A stretch of DNA of 63,996 bases, filler included, from Stramenopiles sp. TOSAG23-3 (taxonomy: Eukaryota), in assembly GCA_900128585.1 (NCBI GenBank). It is 3 parts of 3 records of this genome, joined end to end, with 100 filler letters (N's around TTAATTAATTAA, not from the genome) between each part and the next. Parts side by side here need not be neighbours in the genome. Positions count along the whole stretch, not along the records: positions 43,394 to 63,996 come from LT642373.1; 2 more parts are not named here. One strand, 5' to 3'. This document shows, one piece after another, positions 49,301 to 58,019 of the stretch. The translations under genes were made by a program, and so were the position numbers. Numbering within the stretch: the first letter of the stretch is position 1; the number at the start of each line of letters is the position of its first letter. The notes under the pieces were generated by a model. It made no database searches and had not been told where the DNA came from. It was given only the letters and a program-made list of their open reading frames with translations.

Positions 49301-52300
49301 GCTCTTTCAGAAGCCGCCCCAGATTTGCAGATGACGGATGAGGAAGTAGCTGAACTTAATGAAGATTCCGTGGATGAATACACCAAGAGTAGGGCGGCGC
49401 TTCTGTACTCCTCTTCAGTGGCAAAAATAGAAGAAATAAAATCTGCATTCGGATATGTACCGGCAGAACCTGAAAAGGAAGAAGAAGAACAAATTCCTGA
49501 AGAAAAGACTGGGGAAAGTGATGGAGATGAGGATGAGGAAGACGATGATGAAGAAAAGGAGGAGGGCGCTGATGAAGAGGACCAAGTTGAAGGTGCGGGT
49601 GAGGCTCAAGAGGACGAAAAAGCCGAGGATGCTGCCAAAGAACAGGAAGCCGCAGAACCAGAAGTCGAGGAAGCCGAGGAAGTTGTGCCCCTTGTACTAC
49701 TTGTTCCGGTACAACCAGAATCAACAGAAGCTAGTCTTGCCACCTCTTTGTTTGAAATAGCACCGGAAGCCCCACAAGCCCCTGAATTTGTTCTTCCTAT
49801 TCCAGATCCTGTTGAAAATGAAATTCTAATTAAGCCAAATGAAAGAAAGAACAGAAAGCGAGTGAACTGTTTCAAGATTGTTACGCTAGGAAAGCCATCG
49901 GGCATTGGAGAAGACAACACGTTCAAAGTATTGAGCGAAGACGAGATAGCTGCTCTTGATGACGAAGCAAAAGCAAACTACGAAGCTGAAATTCAAGAGC
50001 TTCAAACTCTCAAATCTTCAACTAGATGGATTTTGCCCCCGCAATCTCAAGTGGTTTTAGCCATTGAGTTTGCGTCTGAGCAGACTGGTAAAAGTGACTC
50101 AGTTCTTGACTTTGAAGTAGTCGGATCCGAAAGGACATTCAGTTTATCTTCTCATGGTGTATGTGCGGTGCCAGCAATGAACAAGCAACCAATGGTAGTA
50201 TTTACTCGACGTGCACGTGGTCGCCCTGCCCCAGAAAAGGTTCACAAACGCTTCGTAGAGGGACGACAAAGCTACGAATTTGGCCCTCTCCTGATAAATA
50301 AGCCACGACAAGTGCTGGAAGACATTATTGCTGAAATGGAGGCTCAGGTAGAAGATGTCGATCAAAAGACTCAAGAAGCTCGAACCATGGCACTTTTTGA
50401 TAAACTTTCAAAGATTGATAATGCTGATACTCTGAACATCTCAAACAGTGGAGTATTTGACACTCGCGTAGATTTTACGTTCAAAGATGGGGAAGGGGAA
50501 TCACCCTCGCCATTCGTAATTTACCCACGCTTTGTAGAGTTGCCGAAAGGTGAAACGAAACAAATTTCAATTTGGGCATTTCCCGAAACAGCGGAGCAGC
50601 ACGATGACATAATAGTGTGCAGTGTGCAGGACAACCCAGCGGTAGAAACTTTTGCTCTCTCCTGCCTGGGAGCGACCCCACAAATTGACATTCATGGACC
50701 ATGGGAGAAAAAGGTGGAGAAAACAGTTGAAGAAGACGAGGAAGCGCCCACTGGACCAATTATTGATTTTGACCGCTTGCTATTAAAACGCCGTGAAGCC
50801 CGGGATTTTTCGGTCGTTAATACGTGTTCTATCCCTGTTGCGTGGCGACTTAGTCTTAGCGAAAACATTTTGGGTAGGAATGAGTTTGAAGTAAGTCCTA
50901 CAGAAGGAGTCTTGAACCCAGGCCAGACGGAGTATATCACTATAAATTTTGAAGCCCTTGAGCCGTTCAAATTTGATGCTGAAAGTATATTAATTGAATA
51001 CTCCGACACTGAAGGTGGTTTGCCGCCTAAAGAAGTTCCAGAAGGCGAAGAAGCAACTGAAGGGCGGATTGAAACCGTAAATATTGATGTAAGAGCTGAA
51101 GCGTATGGAATCAAATATGTCATTCCAGAGTTCGGAAACACGGCGCCTAGTCAGCCCGGAAAAAAGGAGGCAGAAGCCGCTCCTCCTGTCTCAGACGAAG
51201 AGAAAGCTGAACTTGAAGGTGGAGTCTTGAACTTTGGAGCACTTCGTGTATTCGAAAAAGCAGAAAAGTCCTTCACTTTGACAAACGCTGGTGACTACCA
51301 AATTAGGTTTGACTTCGAAATCAGAAGACGCTCTTCCCAAAAATTGTTCCAAATAGAACCGATAAGCGGTGTTCTAGATAGTGGAGGAGAACAAGTAATC
51401 GTGCTTAAGTTCAATTCCGAAACTGAAGTAAATTTGAAGAATAACAAAGATATACGCTGCAGTATTTACGAACCGAAAACCGACGAATTTTTTGAAAGTT
51501 TCGACCTAACTACTACTGTGCGATCTATGTTTTCATCGTTCCGTCTGCAACCATTGCGCGGTGTTAACTTCAGTGCCGTCAAGTATGGTCAAACAGTAAC
51601 TCGATCGATCGAGTTGAAAAATGAAGGGGAATTCGATTTCGTTTACAGCGTTGTCGATGTCCTTGCTGATGATGAACAACAGAAAACAGAAATGCAAGAA
51701 GCACAGGCGAGCGGGGAAGAAGCTGTTACTGAACTAAAAGCCAGCAGAGACGAAAAGCAGAAAGCGTGGTTGAGTAATCTGCTCGATCCATCGACTGTTG
51801 TAAATGATAGTCCCTTGACTGTCGGGCCATTTACGATTGAGCCGGCTAACGGCGTTATTGTACCTGGTGCAACCACACGAATAACGTTGAACTTTGTTGC
51901 CGAAGGAGCTCAATTGTATCGTAATCCACTTCGATTTGACATCTCGGGACGTGCACCAAACAATCAATCTGGGCGCACATTTGAAGTTGTTGGAGAAAGT
52001 TGTATTCCAGGCATTGATGCTGAATCTTTTGAGTCCATATTTGAAGAACAGTCTGTTGTGCCCAGGCTAGAGTTTAATGAAGTGGAAACAGACGATCCCG
52101 ATTATGCTAGTGGACCGAAAAGGATCAGTATGTATGCTGAAGAGCAGGGGACCTTCTCCTTTGGGGCCGTGGTGCCAAGCCAATCTGGTAAACTAGGGGT
52201 TGCAGAGCGCTTAAAAATTTCAAATCACAATAAGATTAAATGTGTCGTGAAATTTTCTTTGACGATGCGAGGTGTTGATGAAGGGAAAACTGAAGAAACC

Positions 52301-55300
52301 GGCGCTGCCTTTCGAATCCAACCTGCAAGCATCGAGCTGCCTCCACATGAGCACAGGTATGTCACAGTTTACTTCAAACCGAGTGAAATGAGATCCTACA
52401 CTGCAGCTTTTGAAGCAAACGTTGAAGATGGTACGGAACCGAGAACTCGCCAGCTTCGATTTGATGTCACTGGTGAAGGGACTCTGCCGTGTGTGACTGT
52501 GGAACAGCCAACCGCCGTAGATACTGATGGTTCTCTGATGATTGATTACAACCGCGCAAATGCTGGAAAGAGCAAGACGGAAACCATTTCATTGCGAAAT
52601 GCGGGAACTGTGTCGGCCACCCTTTACTTTGATATGGAGTTGAACAATGCATTTACGTTTCCGTACCGAGGCCGTACAATAACACTTCCTCCCCGTGGAG
52701 TAGAACAGATGAATGTAACATTTAATCCACCTAGTGCGCAAGAGGAACCGTTCGAAGCTCTTATTAAAATGACTGTCATGCAAAACGAATATGAAGCAAC
52801 AAAGATTCGCTTGAAAGGCATTGGATACTTGGAGGACCTAGCAATCGAAGGGTTACCAGGCGGCAGTTCTGATGAGATCAATTTTGGCCAAATGGATGTT
52901 GTGCCAGGCGCACTAGGCAAACAAATAAGCTTCACTTTGAAGAACGATCAACCCGAAGTGATCAAATTTGAATTCCCAGAACATTCTGACTTCAAATTTT
53001 CACCGTCTATTGGCCATATTCACTCGGGAAAAGAAATTGAAGTATTTGCTGAGTTTTTACCTGAAAGCGTCTCCGCGCTCAAAAAAGATGCGGATGATGA
53101 TGCAGCAGAAGTGGAGGAGACGCCATTTGAGCCCATTGTTCATGAAAAGGTCCCTGTAAACATTACTGTGACAAAGCTGGAGCATAAACGGAAGAAGGTT
53201 GGTGAACAGGACGAGGAAGCTATTGCGGCGATGGATGAAGATTCCAAGGCAAAGTATGACGCAGAAATGGAAAAGGCCCCGTTTGAAATGATTCCTCACT
53301 GGGATAATTCCCAAACGTCCATAAGTTACAACGATGAAGGTGAAAAAAGTGTGGAAGTAGCACCAGAGCCAGAACACGAAGTCGTTGGTGAGCCCAAAGA
53401 GATAGCCATCAAACTGAGTGGAAGTGCTGATACAATCCAGTATGAATGTGCGACCAATCAAATTGCATTCCGGCCAACTATGATGTTCCAGACAAGGAGC
53501 TATAAGTTCACGGTATCGAATCCTGGTAAAACGACTTTGAGTTATGACTGGGCACTGAAGAACAAGAATCAAAAGGGAAGCACAATCCGGTTAGGATCCC
53601 CCAGTGCAGACGAAAAGGGTCCCTCAAGCATTGCGTGCCCATTTACTATTACTCCTCAGCGAGGAACAATTCTTGCGTCTGGAAACGAATCTTTCGTAGT
53701 CCGCTTTGCGCCCATGGAAGTTCCCACAACCTTAGGTGGAGTGTTCAACTACGATGCGAAGGCGTGCATTGAAAACTTAGCTGAAGGTACTTCTGACTTA
53801 GTGATTGACGTACGTGGAGCTGCTCAGCGCCCTATATGCCATTTTGAGTTACCTAGTACGCACTACCTTGAAATTCGACCAGCAGATATGCCTGGACCGA
53901 GCGGAAACATCGGACCACTTGATCCGTCGATTAAAGTCATCTACTTTGAGTCACTGGGTACCAATATTAAGAACACTCTTCGTTTCAAGGTCATCAATCC
54001 AACGAATATGGGCTACGATTTTATGTGGGAAGCTGTTGGAAACCCCCACCCGGCTTTCAATAACGCTATCAAAAGTGGAACTGTTTTGCCTGGCCGTCGC
54101 CATGAACAAATATTTGAGTACACACCAAGCAAGAACGATGCAAGCGGATACCAGGAATCATTTTGGAGATTTATGATCCCACGGCAGGGTGTAGACCAAC
54201 TCTTTCTGGTAGCTGGTACTGTCAATGATCCCCGTGTCACCCTTGACAGGACGTTCGTGAACTTTGGCAATGTGCTGATGGGGAATCCAGCCACGGAAGT
54301 CGTGAACTTAATCAACAGAGAAGATCTTCCTTTTGCGTTCAACTTCGATAAAAGTCTATTGCGAAGATCAATAATGAGTATCGATCCAATGAGTGGAGTG
54401 GTTCCAGGAAATGCAAAACTGCCTGTGAAAGTCGTGTTTAATCCAGCGGATGAAAAACCGGAAAACCTCAGTGTTGCCTGCGTTATTCGTCGCAAACCAA
54501 CAAAGCTGTCGATCAATTTGAAAGGAGAAGGTGCAGGAGTGCACGACACACTCACACTTTTCGACGACTCTGGTGGAGATGGTCTCGACCGTGGTGTTGA
54601 GCTTGCCACTGCTGGTGTTAACTATGTGGACTTCGGGCAGGTCCATATCAATGACACTGTTTACAAACGTATTGTTATTCAAAACTCAGGCAAATTCAAT
54701 TTGGACTTTAAGTGGTCAGCACCTAAGAATCCGCAATTGAAGATCCATCCCTTGCGAGGCATGGTACGAGTTGGTGATCGGTTAGAAGTGAAACTTTCTT
54801 ACCACCCAATTAATGAGGTGCCATTGGGTGGCGTGAAGCTGTCTTGCGATGTTGCAGGGACGCACAAGTATGCCTTGTCTATCAATGGTCAAGGTGCAAA
54901 GCCCATGCTGGACTTCTCTTTTATCGAACACAATTTTGGTCCATGTTTTGTGCCTGAACGTGGTGGTGCACCGATGCCAGAGACGGCCATACTGCGCTTG
55001 ACGAACAATGAGATGGAAAATGACGTAGCATTTGATTGCTTATTTGAAAAATTACCGCATCTTGAAGTACAAACACAACCGACCATGCTTCGTCCGACTG
55101 AATCAATTGACATACCAATTATTTTTACGGCCAGGGAAGTGCAACAATACCATGAGACGATCAAATTTGAATTAAATGGATTGTACACCGTCAACGTTAT
55201 TGTGCGTGGAGAGGGTTGTTTGTTAAAGGTAGAACTTGCCAACCCAACTCAGTCGCTTTGCGCTCTTGGAACTTTGCGCGTTGGGCAAGACGCTGTGCGT

Positions 55301-57424
55301 AAGGTCCTTCTTGTCAATAAATCAAAACGTGCGGCCAAGTTTACTTTAGAAGATGTCATGGAGGCTGGGCATGGACGCTTGGAAGATCGTGCCGTCAGCT
55401 TCTTTCCGAGAGGAGAAGTCACACTGGCTGCCAGAGCAAAGACAAATATCGAAATTCGCTTTAATCCATTGAAGCGAATTTCGCCATTTAAAGAGAATCT
55501 GAACATTTCTGTCGTTGGAAGTCAGCGTAAATTGTTAACTGTAACAGGTTCCTGTCAGGGCATAGAAGTAACGCTTGAGTCCGATGCGGTGCCGTTTGGA
55601 AGCATATGCGAAGGCTGTCGCATAAGCAAAAAACTGCAGATGGAAAATTCGGGAGACTTGGGGACCAAGTTCAAATGGGACAATGCTTCCTTTGGCCCTG
55701 ACTTTTCTATTTCTCCTGCAGAAGGATTTCTCTCCCCTCACTCTGGTGTCGTCTTCGACGTTTTGTTTCATCCTACTCGTATTTTTGATGACTTCCGCAG
55801 GGATCGCTTGATGTGTATGGTGGACGGTGCCCCACCATTGTTCCTGACTCTATCTGGTGCATGTGAGGCCCAACCATCTGATAACGTCAAGGAAATGGAA
55901 TTTGAAACACGAGTACGCGGTGATGATGTCAAAGTCGTCACTATTTCGAACCCAACTACGTCGGCATGGGTCGTTAAACCCGCAATTACTAACGAATATT
56001 GGACTGGCGGCACGCACCTTAACATTCCTGCCAAAGGAAGTGGTGATTACGAGGTAACCTACAAACCGTTAACAATGACCCGCCCAGGTGAGCCTCCAGT
56101 TGATCCAGAGACAGGAGAGCCTACGGGCGAACCTGCCGACATTGTTCGCCACGAAGGCTCTGTGTTCTTTCCGTTGCCTGATGGTACTGCATTGCTCTAC
56201 AAACTGTACGGGACTTCGAGTGAACCGACTATGGAAGATGAGTTTGAAAAGACTGCGGCTGCAAAGGAGAAGATGGTGTTCGAATTTCCAGTAAAGAACT
56301 GGATGAAGAAGGCACAGCGGTTCCACGTAACGTGGGACGATGAGAACGATCGTTTTCACGGCGCGAATACTTTGGACGTGCCAGGCAATGGGCTGCGCAC
56401 GTACAAGCTGAGCTTCTTCGGTCTGAAAGAAGGAGAGTCGTTTGAAACGAAAGTCACTTTCAAAAACCAAGACAATGGGGAATACTTGTTCTATAACATC
56501 AAAGCAAATGTTACCGCTCCGATCATTATGGGCAGCGTGTCTCTCAGTGCTCCTGTGCGCCAAACTGTTCAGCACGTTATTTCTATTGAAAACCCATTGT
56601 CATTGGACAAGGAAGTCAACTTTGAAAAAGACTGGTGGACATGCGAAGACCCATGCGTACGGGTCCGTCGTCTCGGCGAGATGACAGGCAAACCCGAATG
56701 CAACTTTGAGGTCGAGTACAGGCCCCTGGTTGTCGTTTCTGAGCCGAAAGAAGTGCGCTTGACGATTACTTCCGTCGAACTTGGAGATTACCACTATACC
56801 CTTGTGCTTACCAGTGAAGCCGCGGCCAGTGAAAGAGCCCTTCAGTTCAAGGCGGCGTTAGGATCTTCCCACGTCCAAACGTTTCGTTTCAGAAACATGG
56901 TTCAGGGTGGTCCCACCACATACAAATGCGTGTATGGCAATCCAGATGCATTTGAAATCCCTACAACAATTGAAGCTGAAGCTGCCGAAGACTGGGAGGG
57001 TAGAGATGTCATGGTGACGATATCGTTCGAACCAATTGCCTTAGGTGAAGTTCGTGATACCCTTCGTGTAGTTTCGGACGTTGGCGGAGAGTTTGTCTGC
57101 TCTCTGTATGGTAATGGCGTCGCTCCCAGACCTCAAGGTCCGTTTCTCATTGCAAACGGGGCGACAAAGAACATCACTTTCAAGAATGTATTTAACGAGG
57201 CCAGGGATTTTTCGTTTGTCGTCGACAACCCAAGATTCAGCGTGAACGTTGTGTCTCAAAAATTAGATGCAAATAAAGAAATTGCGTTAACTATTAAGTT
57301 TGAAGGCCCAAGTGGAGATGGCGCTTCTGAAGAATTTACTAGTGGCAAATTGTACGTGTCTTGCCCAGAGTTGAAGGCCTTGCCTCCATGGATTTACTAC
57401 TTGCGTGGGCAAAATACGCAGTGA
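43394..57424 (+). CDS. HYDIN: HYDIN, axonemal central-pair protein; 5'-partial (ORF open from the scaffold edge)
   Basis: >4670 codons of tandem ASH/PapD-like Ig domains (repeated idFG...l.N.....f...f.i.P..G.l.P), HFKGHVVGPTFHFD, PIEFFSLDFDGQYKEEE, a central degenerate adenylate-kinase-like and acidic region, and C-terminal WIYYLRG. Confidence 0.96.
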   Translation, partial: TSAVSLSGDAQNINVHLSSQIIEVDPAYISLSSQKTVKVFNRSGVPVQFSWKAFGASVEEQHERHRLHMELNRMEELEKKNLDSQFFEEEEGDAEDYSDDEAMGNMPAAKRRELAALVRKYKHLRRAVQEDALLFADENFSIEPISGEVWANSELEFTITFSPEHAADYACVAFLETTGREQCLPLKIQATGIGPQASFTYDVLDIGDVFVNSEHTYELVMENSGEIDAEYDLQPSDTPFGPKFKFSPESGKLAVGEAHKIEVSFCSEILGEFSEHFHYNLKGSQQPLSVHFKGHVVGPTFHFDVEDIDFGVVSYEFVNTKKFTLYNTSEIPMTYKMRVPQDGKFLQKEFDIVPSSGTIVPDGKVDIQVDFISTTVRLYEMYLTVDVENVGEGLLSIPIKAECRLPDVQVASEEIDFASCFLRYPYEQVLELVNDSDQMARYEILPQEEHTMILGTYETDEAKGTIDARSRIEVPITLTCEKLGKVSLPLFVKIAGQERPPMNVALNANATGPNVILDQNEGINWGPTTCLIPSIRELKVTNDSLIPAPFRTFMKTQGSVFSVNINEGMLAPQESIVLKITAKLDDTIVHKDQLQIIVHEGGTIVVPLVAKGEGTTLSCDDDISFIEYDYQFTSVTCEKRFFIKNLGRRSQDITWVNKTVKENNEKAQAQYTITLREHKEKGDGKKKKKRKPPPEPVEASPVFTVEPETVTLKPNTGCEFSFYGNTPMTESFLEELVCQITQGKEKKGRPMLNCKCHGIFINPVLEPSAKELSYVYTWRDGVPLTTQTQPITLRNVSELPLEFILRTSEPFSIDTYEFKLMPNETTTVNVTFDPGYKDDRVSHVAQGKLTAVYREHPNRDNIPLIGEINFPNLEFDYTTVDFGTCLNDTTQTVSVRVTNTSSIDTDLSWTFEADEEAARKAATAAKPYIPVNQVFDVLPIRSLLRPGESEIVEFAFYGHANRKFRTTCVGLVQGGPEYPIVLQGEASLIAHRIDQTYLDFGKVPYDVEDEVKEFSIVNPGRVPFDYRLRLDELSRPGIVVAGPVSGKIYAGDKQKVTVRFQPGVPDRIMETLKVDIAHFEPIMFPVYGHGIFTNVYVSLPREDENDEIWLATVEEARRAIEGAENGEVAPNQPPLPPAFAQDQERPDTKQSTLTTGRAAIKERAKENGIEISQENAALPPKTAPAMLAIPISARKDSIGRKDSIETVPDALLLGAEKDKSMKIQNEANRIVFMRYLLKQLENNANAFDMDAVPEVNEDEDSDDPFAKTETKRDMRKSVPVPKLSLAAAVVEAPSKNAMQRAKPIEEEMDGGLMTVRSQFTPDFILAKYVCDFGHVVAGTVRKKKFTVANTGYLPVTFTIDAGPATSKGFHIDPEKVKNVPEGEDIPFKIAFKSKRSRLGPIQVEVPVFLKDGPALVIVLKANVTVPDVSVNPEKGINFGTVLLGRTKIINFQLKNLAPVPTTWTRAKQAKNGQDENYFICTPDIGTLAPGEAQNVQVHFTPTSNRSYDFKLPIKITSNPKQKIIDLKGQGKELSINLNPSRVQQVPVLPFADPTSVQVTVTNEHDYPIEFFSLDFDGQYKEEEKSLREIDPDLWTGHITSDSIAKGHSYNTTMIVEPREVGQGLPEKVMENVNRRKRKEARREKRAARAAAKLAAESAGEEFPPEGEDQENLDSTDEEDGGVGELEVEEIPPTNREEGLALDIVFEGLPMSGADDLGRKFGLDKGYTLVDIDEMVQDAIDTNTLGGRAAKKIFGYSEEGEAPENVEDWTLPNELLVAIVQARLSNRDCGEGAIFPSLLTKYATPVNMAAAIKEALSKQVAEEKKVEATENAESPEEAAPEELPLLKQATDHGRTLKVASGDLRMIVFSSSEEGEFTEYIKNLRKSLQEASKEPVVENEGEEKTEEKEDEEQASDAAFESDPFVELSTEEVDAMAEEERADYDAQLKKFQNQKEKEARELAANMLIKLESALSEAAPDLQMTDEEVAELNEDSVDEYTKSRAALLYSSSVAKIEEIKSAFGYVPAEPEKEEEEQIPEEKTGESDGDEDEEDDDEEKEEGADEEDQVEGAGEAQEDEKAEDAAKEQEAAEPEVEEAEEVVPLVLLVPVQPESTEASLATSLFEIAPEAPQAPEFVLPIPDPVENEILIKPNERKNRKRVNCFKIVTLGKPSGIGEDNTFKVLSEDEIAALDDEAKANYEAEIQELQTLKSSTRWILPPQSQVVLAIEFASEQTGKSDSVLDFEVVGSERTFSLSSHGVCAVPAMNKQPMVVFTRRARGRPAPEKVHKRFVEGRQSYEFGPLLINKPRQVLEDIIAEMEAQVEDVDQKTQEARTMALFDKLSKIDNADTLNISNSGVFDTRVDFTFKDGEGESPSPFVIYPRFVELPKGETKQISIWAFPETAEQHDDIIVCSVQDNPAVETFALSCLGATPQIDIHGPWEKKVEKTVEEDEEAPTGPIIDFDRLLLKRREARDFSVVNTCSIPVAWRLSLSENILGRNEFEVSPTEGVLNPGQTEYITINFEALEPFKFDAESILIEYSDTEGGLPPKEVPEGEEATEGRIETVNIDVRAEAYGIKYVIPEFGNTAPSQPGKKEAEAAPPVSDEEKAELEGGVLNFGALRVFEKAEKSFTLTNAGDYQIRFDFEIRRRSSQKLFQIEPISGVLDSGGEQVIVLKFNSETEVNLKNNKDIRCSIYEPKTDEFFESFDLTTTVRSMFSSFRLQPLRGVNFSAVKYGQTVTRSIELKNEGEFDFVYSVVDVLADDEQQKTEMQEAQASGEEAVTELKASRDEKQKAWLSNLLDPSTVVNDSPLTVGPFTIEPANGVIVPGATTRITLNFVAEGAQLYRNPLRFDISGRAPNNQSGRTFEVVGESCIPGIDAESFESIFEEQSVVPRLEFNEVETDDPDYASGPKRISMYAEEQGTFSFGAVVPSQSGKLGVAERLKISNHNKIKCVVKFSLTMRGVDEGKTEETGAAFRIQPASIELPPHEHRYVTVYFKPSEMRSYTAAFEANVEDGTEPRTRQLRFDVTGEGTLPCVTVEQPTAVDTDGSLMIDYNRANAGKSKTETISLRNAGTVSATLYFDMELNNAFTFPYRGRTITLPPRGVEQMNVTFNPPSAQEEPFEALIKMTVMQNEYEATKIRLKGIGYLEDLAIEGLPGGSSDEINFGQMDVVPGALGKQISFTLKNDQPEVIKFEFPEHSDFKFSPSIGHIHSGKEIEVFAEFLPESVSALKKDADDDAAEVEETPFEPIVHEKVPVNITVTKLEHKRKKVGEQDEEAIAAMDEDSKAKYDAEMEKAPFEMIPHWDNSQTSISYNDEGEKSVEVAPEPEHEVVGEPKEIAIKLSGSADTIQYECATNQIAFRPTMMFQTRSYKFTVSNPGKTTLSYDWALKNKNQKGSTIRLGSPSADEKGPSSIACPFTITPQRGTILASGNESFVVRFAPMEVPTTLGGVFNYDAKACIENLAEGTSDLVIDVRGAAQRPICHFELPSTHYLEIRPADMPGPSGNIGPLDPSIKVIYFESLGTNIKNTLRFKVINPTNMGYDFMWEAVGNPHPAFNNAIKSGTVLPGRRHEQIFEYTPSKNDASGYQESFWRFMIPRQGVDQLFLVAGTVNDPRVTLDRTFVNFGNVLMGNPATEVVNLINREDLPFAFNFDKSLLRRSIMSIDPMSGVVPGNAKLPVKVVFNPADEKPENLSVACVIRRKPTKLSINLKGEGAGVHDTLTLFDDSGGDGLDRGVELATAGVNYVDFGQVHINDTVYKRIVIQNSGKFNLDFKWSAPKNPQLKIHPLRGMVRVGDRLEVKLSYHPINEVPLGGVKLSCDVAGTHKYALSINGQGAKPMLDFSFIEHNFGPCFVPERGGAPMPETAILRLTNNEMENDVAFDCLFEKLPHLEVQTQPTMLRPTESIDIPIIFTAREVQQYHETIKFELNGLYTVNVIVRGEGCLLKVELANPTQSLCALGTLRVGQDAVRKVLLVNKSKRAAKFTLEDVMEAGHGRLEDRAVSFFPRGEVTLAARAKTNIEIRFNPLKRISPFKENLNISVVGSQRKLLTVTGSCQGIEVTLESDAVPFGSICEGCRISKKLQMENSGDLGTKFKWDNASFGPDFSISPAEGFLSPHSGVVFDVLFHPTRIFDDFRRDRLMCMVDGAPPLFLTLSGACEAQPSDNVKEMEFETRVRGDDVKVVTISNPTTSAWVVKPAITNEYWTGGTHLNIPAKGSGDYEVTYKPLTMTRPGEPPVDPETGEPTGEPADIVRHEGSVFFPLPDGTALLYKLYGTSSEPTMEDEFEKTAAAKEKMVFEFPVKNWMKKAQRFHVTWDDENDRFHGANTLDVPGNGLRTYKLSFFGLKEGESFETKVTFKNQDNGEYLFYNIKANVTAPIIMGSVSLSAPVRQTVQHVISIENPLSLDKEVNFEKDWWTCEDPCVRVRRLGEMTGKPECNFEVEYRPLVVVSEPKEVRLTITSVELGDYHYTLVLTSEAAASERALQFKAALGSSHVQTFRFRNMVQGGPTTYKCVYGNPDAFEIPTTIEAEAAEDWEGRDVMVTISFEPIALGEVRDTLRVVSDVGGEFVCSLYGNGVAPRPQGPFLIANGATKNITFKNVFNEARDFSFVVDNPRFSVNVVSQKLDANKEIALTIKFEGPSGDGASEEFTSGKLYVSCPELKALPPWIYYLRGQNTQ

Positions 57425-58019
57425 AACAAATAAACAGAACATATTATAAACACAAAATATTTAAAAACCCTTTTTTTTAATTTAAAACAACTGCTGTGCG
57501 AGAAAATTTTATCTCGTCATAATCGATTAGTGTCACTATATAATTTTTTTAAAAAGGTGGTTGTCTTTCTTCAACAATCTCTCAAATCAAGAAAACGCAC
57601 TCGTACTCCTCTGATTCCGATGAACCAACAAAAAAAACCCTAATTCTCTAACTCCTCTATTAAAAAGTTGTTAATTTTTTGGATCTAATACAGTAATAAT
57701 AATAAATTCTAAATTTTTATATAATTCTGTACTGCTCCTCGTAGTACATTGTATTACGGTTTGTTGTACAATGTCCTAATATTTTTTATAATATGGAAAT
57801 GATGATGTTGAAGGCATGTCGTCGTCGTCCGTTTGGCTAATTAAATATTTTAAACTTCAATTATCTATAGACGACTATAAATTAATTTGATGTGCTGCTC
57901 CCTTTTTTTATTTTTTTATTTTACATGCGCATAGATGTATATAAATGTATAATTGAAGATAACATTTCTTTTCTTTTGTGAAACCTAGAAACGTTCCACC
58001 TTCTTTCTCCTCGCTCGAA

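Noticed and set aside
41442-57424. Ciliary gene cluster (CFAP97-like next to HYDIN)
   Set aside because: The two genes are separated by an artificial linker.
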